DNA from: Octopus sinensis
Taxonomy: Eukaryota
Direction: 5' to 3'
Assembly: GCF_006345805.1 (NCBI RefSeq)
Contig: NW_021833839.1
Coordinates: 1 to 53,755, forward strand
Length of the DNA stretch: 53,755 nucleotides
Under the pieces are notes generated by a model that was given only the letters and a program-made list of their open reading frames with translations, was not told the origin of the DNA and searched no databases. The position numbers and the translations under genes are program-made. Of the stretch, positions 49,223 through 53,755 are shown piece by piece (within the stretch, counting starts at the first letter, position 1; each line of letters opens with the position of its first letter).

Positions 49223-49312
49223 TGTAAATGCAAAGCATCACCACGGAGGAGTCGACGTATGCTTAAATAATAAACCGCGATAGGAGAACCGTGATATGGC
49301 GAGGGATTATTG
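48625..49312 (-). mobile_element. Tigger/pogo-like MITE, interrupted by a SINE and microsatellites
   Basis: Ends CCGTGATATGGCGAGGGATTATTG|TA; 48631-48690 is the reverse complement of 49545-49615 in the neighbouring copy. Confidence 0.6.
48702..49125 (-). mobile_element. SINE family A, full-length, inside the MITE
   Basis: Reverse complement of the family consensus. Confidence 0.9.
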
Positions 49313-49388
49313 TATACACACACACACACACGTGCATATATATATGCATATATACAAATATATATATATATGTGTGTGTGTGTGTGTA

Positions 49389-49631
49389 CAGTAATCCCTC
49401 GCCATATTGCGGTTAATCTAGCGCGGTTCACTTATTGTAGTTTATTATATAAGCTTAGGTCGATTCTTCGGTGTTCTTGTTTTGCATTTATAATAAAATA
49501 AATATATACCATTTATAAAAAAAAATACTAAAAAATATGCAGCACATTACTGTTTCTACTTCGCGGATTTTCACCTATCGCGGGCGGTTTTGGACGTAAC
49601 ACTCGCACTCGCGATAGTCGAGGTATTACTG
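49389..49631 (+). mobile_element. Tigger/pogo-like MITE, 243 bp
   Basis: TA|CAGTAATCCCTCGCCATATTGCG ... CGCGATAGTCGAGGTATTACTG|TA imperfect TIRs with TA TSD. Confidence 0.75.
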
Positions 49632-50294
49632 TATATATAATTTTAAAAAAGCAGGATATAGTATGCACATGCTTGCTTGAAAGAAGATTTAAAACTCTCC
49701 AAAACCACGCGCCTCTCACCATATGTAAACATGAACGGAGATTATAGCAAGTCTATTTCTCCGAAACAATCCTCTCACATGCAAAATACAAAGCGCAAAA
49801 TACAAAGAGGAGTATAGATACCCTAGTATCAATTGGTTTCGGATTCTGTATCGAACGAACACTTAAAGCTCATCAGCCAGGCTTACCACGTATATATATA
49901 TATTTGATTGATCCTCGCCAAGTTAAATATTTAAACCACCTGATGAATGACTGTAACTCGAAAATTTAAAGAAATTAACAGCCATGAAACGATCGTAGTG
50001 TTATATTAATTATATTTTTTAAAATAATTTTGTTATATATTTAAATAATATAAATTAAATAATCTTATGTATTGGCTTAAGTTTTTCATTGTATGATTTG
50101 CCTAATGGTGGTTTTATCTCTAATTTAATATAATATAATATTTTACTATAAAATTGGATTCAATCCTAAATCTGATTTTTCCCTGTAAGTTTGGATTTAT
50201 TCCCTAATATTTATTATTATATATATATATATATGTGAGTGTTGGTGTGTGTGTGTTTATAGTGAGAATTTACAAAGAAAGAAGAGACATGTTT

Positions 50295-50783
50295 CCGGGC
50301 CCATTCCCACTGCGTACCACCTTGGGCAAGTTATAGCTTCGGTCCGACCAAAGCCTTGTGAGTGGATTTGGTAGACGGAAACTGAAAGAAGCGCGTCGTG
50401 TGTGTCTGTGTGTATGTTTCTGTGTCTGCATTTGTCCCCCAACATCGCTTGACAACCGATGGTGATATGTTTACGTCCCCGTAACGTAGTGATACCGATA
50501 GAACTAGTACTGGGCTTACTAATGATAAGTCCTGGGGTCGATTTGCTCCACTAAAAGCTGTGCCCAGCATGACCGCAGTCAAATGACTGAAACAAGTAAA
50601 AGAGTAAAAGAGAGTAAATGGCGACAAAAGGTCGTGAGTTCATTTCTAGAAGATGCATTCTATCCTTGAACAAGGCACTTTATTTCACATTGCTGCAGTC
50701 CACTCAGCTGGCATAAATGATTTATACCAGTAATTCAAAGGGGCCATCCTTGTCACATTCTGTGTCATACTGAATCTCCCTGA
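50295..50783 (+). mobile_element. SINE family A (5'-truncated) fused to an OR-like SINE fragment
   Basis: Family A body and tail to about 50615, then CCTTGAACAAGGCACTTT...CCACTCAGCTGG...AAGGGGCCATCCTTGTCAC. Confidence 0.8.
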
Positions 50784-51839
50784 AACAAGTAAAAGAATAT
50801 AATATACGAGCGGAAATTCGTACCTGTTTACCCTTAGTCATCAAAAATATGTGCAATTAATCGCGAAGGGGGAGTTGAGGGAGAGAAAGATTAAAAGAGT
50901 GGTGATGGTAGGAAATAGGAATATAGAACGAAGAATATAAACATGTGAATGTTGCCAAAGAAATTTACCTAAAAATCAATATGGCCGCCGCAAGAAAAGA
51001 ATCAATCTCGCAATTGATCGTAATGAAAACTTCGTCGATACACTTTTAACTATCCGGTTTAACTGGATTCTCAAAGCCTTTCTAAATAGATAGATTAATA
51101 ATCTTGCTTAAGAACAAAGTCATACAAGATCTAGAGGATTAATTTACCATCTTTCTGCTTTGCTTTGCCTTACCTCCCACACGATTGTTTGGCTGCCTGG
51201 TGAGCGGGTCGGTGTAAGGAAAGTATGATGGCGGAAACAAACAATCTCTTTTCTGTAATCGGCAACGAAAATTGATCAAACGTAGCAAAACTATAACAAT
51301 ATCGAATGTAATTTAAAATCATTTAAAGGGATTTAGAATTTAGAAAAGTAATTAATTTCGGAGGTAAATCTTTGCTTCAGCTAAGTCCTTGTTAAATTCG
51401 CCATGAAACAGAAACAAACAGAAGAGTATTATATTTATGCAACGTCGCATTAAATGATATTACATTTTATACTCTCGTTATATTTGCTGAAACAACAATA
51501 TAAGCCTCGTATTGCGGTGTTTATTTTTATTACTGTAATATTGTGGTATTGTAAACCACATCAAATGGCGAATTATTGTAAATGAACAAGCGTACATGGG
51601 TTTTTGGCAACGGACTGCGGCCATGCTGTGACACGATAGTTGACGATTCCCGCGTTTGAATATAATGGTGTATGCATTTAATTCATTATCGTCATTGTTT
51701 CCAGGATAAGATTTGTTGAATGTTTTCAATTAACATTTGAATTAATGAGGCATCGCTTGCGGCATCCGCGTAAACAAAAACAAAGATACAAATGTTCAAC
51801 ACGCAGGAATGTTTCAATGAATTTATATATGTGAGTGAG

Positions 51840-51991
51840 TGTTTGTGTGGTAAGAAGCAGGTTTTCCGGCCACGTGGTTCTGGTTCAGTCCCACTGCGTG
51901 GCACTTTGGACAAGTGTCTTCTACTATAGCCCCGAGTTGACCAAAACCATGTGAGTGGATTTGGTAGACGGAAGCTGAAAGAAGCCCGTCG

Positions 51992-52067
<76 letters not shown>

Positions 52068-52255
52068 TGTCCAACATCACCTGACAATTTATGTTGGTGT
52101 ATTTACGTCCTTGTAACATAACGGTTCGGCAAAAAGACCGACAGAATAAGTACTAGGCTTATAAAGAATAAGTGGGGTCGATTTGTTCGACTAAAGGCGG
52201 TGCCCCGGCATGGCCGCAGTCGAATGGCCGGAACAAGTAAAAGAATGAAAGAATA
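51840..52255 (+). mobile_element. Diverged SINE family A
   Basis: GTGTGGTAAGAAGC head, GGTTCAGTCCCACTGCGTGGCAC, ACAAGTAAAAGAAT tail. Confidence 0.85.
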
Positions 52256-52425
52256 TATAAAGTAACCGAAAATGTTCTCTCTGGGACAAGCCCGTTGTAG
52301 TTCAGGAGCTACTCGATGCGACCCTCAGGCAACAGTCTACTGATCGGCGTCGTCCTGTGAGATCGTACTGCAAATTGTGGCGCCTTTGTTTTCCTGTGCT
52401 TCTCCCACGTTGGTCTATTTTTGCG

Positions 52426-53027
52426 ATGGCTGAAACGAAGGAACAGCGTACTTTTATGAAATTCTGTTTTACTGCTGGGGAAAAGAGCTGACGAAACAGT
52501 TGTCATTCTTCAAACAGCTTACAAGGATGCTGCCATGAGTAAAACGCAAGGTTACGAATGGTTTTCACGCTTTAGCAATGGTTACATGTCGCTTGAAGAC
52601 CAACCTCATTCAGGGCGACCGTCGACCTCCCGAACGAATGAAATCATCCTGAAAATTCATGAACTGATCTTGGAGGACCGTCGCCGAACAATTGACGAAC
52701 TTATTAACATGCCGAGTGTGTCCTGGAGCTCATGCCAATGAAGATTTGCAGCAAAAGTTTTACCCCGCTGGTTCACAGAAGATCGAAAGCAGTTACGACT
52801 AAATGCGCGTCCAGTTGGAAATTGATCCATACCTTTTATCGAAGGTCATCACTCGTGACGAAAGCTGGTGGTACAGAATTTACAGATGTGGAGGAGGTGA
52901 AAGAAAAACCAAAGAAAGAAACGACACCGCCATTAAAAGGTATCACTTCACAAGAGTTCCAGCACTGCTTCGCACAGTGGGAAAACGTTTGGACCAATGC
53001 ATTGCTTCAAACGGTGAATACTTGTGA
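52426..53027 (+). pseudogene. Mariner (DD34D-type) transposase relic, frameshifted and internally deleted
   Basis: MAETKEQRTFMKFCF/LLGKRADETVVILQTAYKDAAMSKTQGYEWFSRF...LEDQPHSGRPST (HTH domains), then KVITRDESW (first catalytic D motif) and a C-terminal CIASNGEY; the middle of the catalytic domain is missing. Confidence 0.9.
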
Positions 53028-53200
53028 CCTTTACACAAGACGGATATTTTACTCTCCGTTAAGAACTGAATTGCAACAGGAACAAACGTTTGCCACAGAA
53101 GAGACATTATGTTCTATGTGAATGATATATCAACGAAAGACTAGCTCAGTTATTAATCTGTTTACATCATAGCCACGTGTTATTTTTGTTTTATATTTAA

Positions 53201-53590
53201 CTAGCAGTATCGCCCGGCGTTGCTCGGGTTTGTAAGGGAAATATCTATATAAGCATTTTTAGAGATGTAAAGTATAATAGCCATCTCAATATGGTTAACC
53301 ACAAAGGGGGGGGGGGTTACTGAGCTTTTTACGTTCTTGATCTGTAATTAATAATATTTTTAGAGAGTTACTTCCTTTATATATGCCAAAAATGCATTAA
53401 AAACGGCAAAATTTTTTTTTAATCGTAGACTGATCGCAGACGCGCGCTAATAATACCGACAGAAGGCTCGATATGAATCACGACTATAAGATACCCCGGT
53501 TTGTTAACTGCAACCGCAAAATGTGGGAGTAGTTAGGAATCTAAATCGTAGAAGACAGACAGTACACAACCGCACTTTTATATATAAAGA
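53201..53590 (-). mobile_element. Non-autonomous Helitron, 390 bp
   Basis: Same A|TC...hairpin...CTAG|T termini as 35365-35873 with a different interior. Confidence 0.85.
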
Positions 53591-53755
53591 TTATTCGTTG
53601 AGCACATTCAGTAAAGAGCACTTTACTGAGACGAGTTCAGATATATTCTGGTGAGTTCTTGTGGGACATTCTCTCGTACAAATGCGCATAACGCAAAAAA
53701 TACACTTATGTATATGTGTGCATAAATGGGTATATAAATGTGAGCGTGTGTTTGG

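Noticed and set aside
50975-51240. YY1-like ATGGCCGCC/ATGGCGG motifs, and the E-box/CRE-like cluster at 23640-23750
   Set aside because: Short motifs with no associated gene, CpG island or conservation data.

Overview
AT-rich, microsatellite-dense animal genomic DNA that is mostly interspersed repeats. The SINE families look like those of octopod cephalopods (Octopus); this is an inference from recognition, not a database result. No host protein-coding gene can be recognised. The only long intact ORF (21859-23106, 415 aa, RRM-like region plus CCHC zinc knuckle) is an L1/Tx1-type ORF1. It sits in a 2.0-kb element that has no ORF2, is flanked by a target-site duplication and interrupts the tRNA-like head of a SINE, so it looks like a HAL1-like ORF1-only non-autonomous retrotransposon. 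Its 3' terminal stem-loop resembles the 3' end of a truncated L1/Tx1 ORF2-bearing copy (15997-16440) and the tail of an abundant SINE that repeatedly inserts at GGTAYTT, suggesting one LINE serving two kinds of parasite. Other features: a 292-bp palindrome with perfect 144-bp arms, a SINE whose 3' 177 bp is tandemly repeated four times inside one TSD, four degenerate Penelope-type minimal hammerhead motifs, Helitron/Helentron, mariner, Tigger-like and RTE relics, a patchwork of local templated duplications, and a candidate 81-aa N-myristoylated microprotein. SINE family labels A, B and C are working names for this window. Repeat boundaries were read by eye and are approximate unless a TSD or terminus is quoted.
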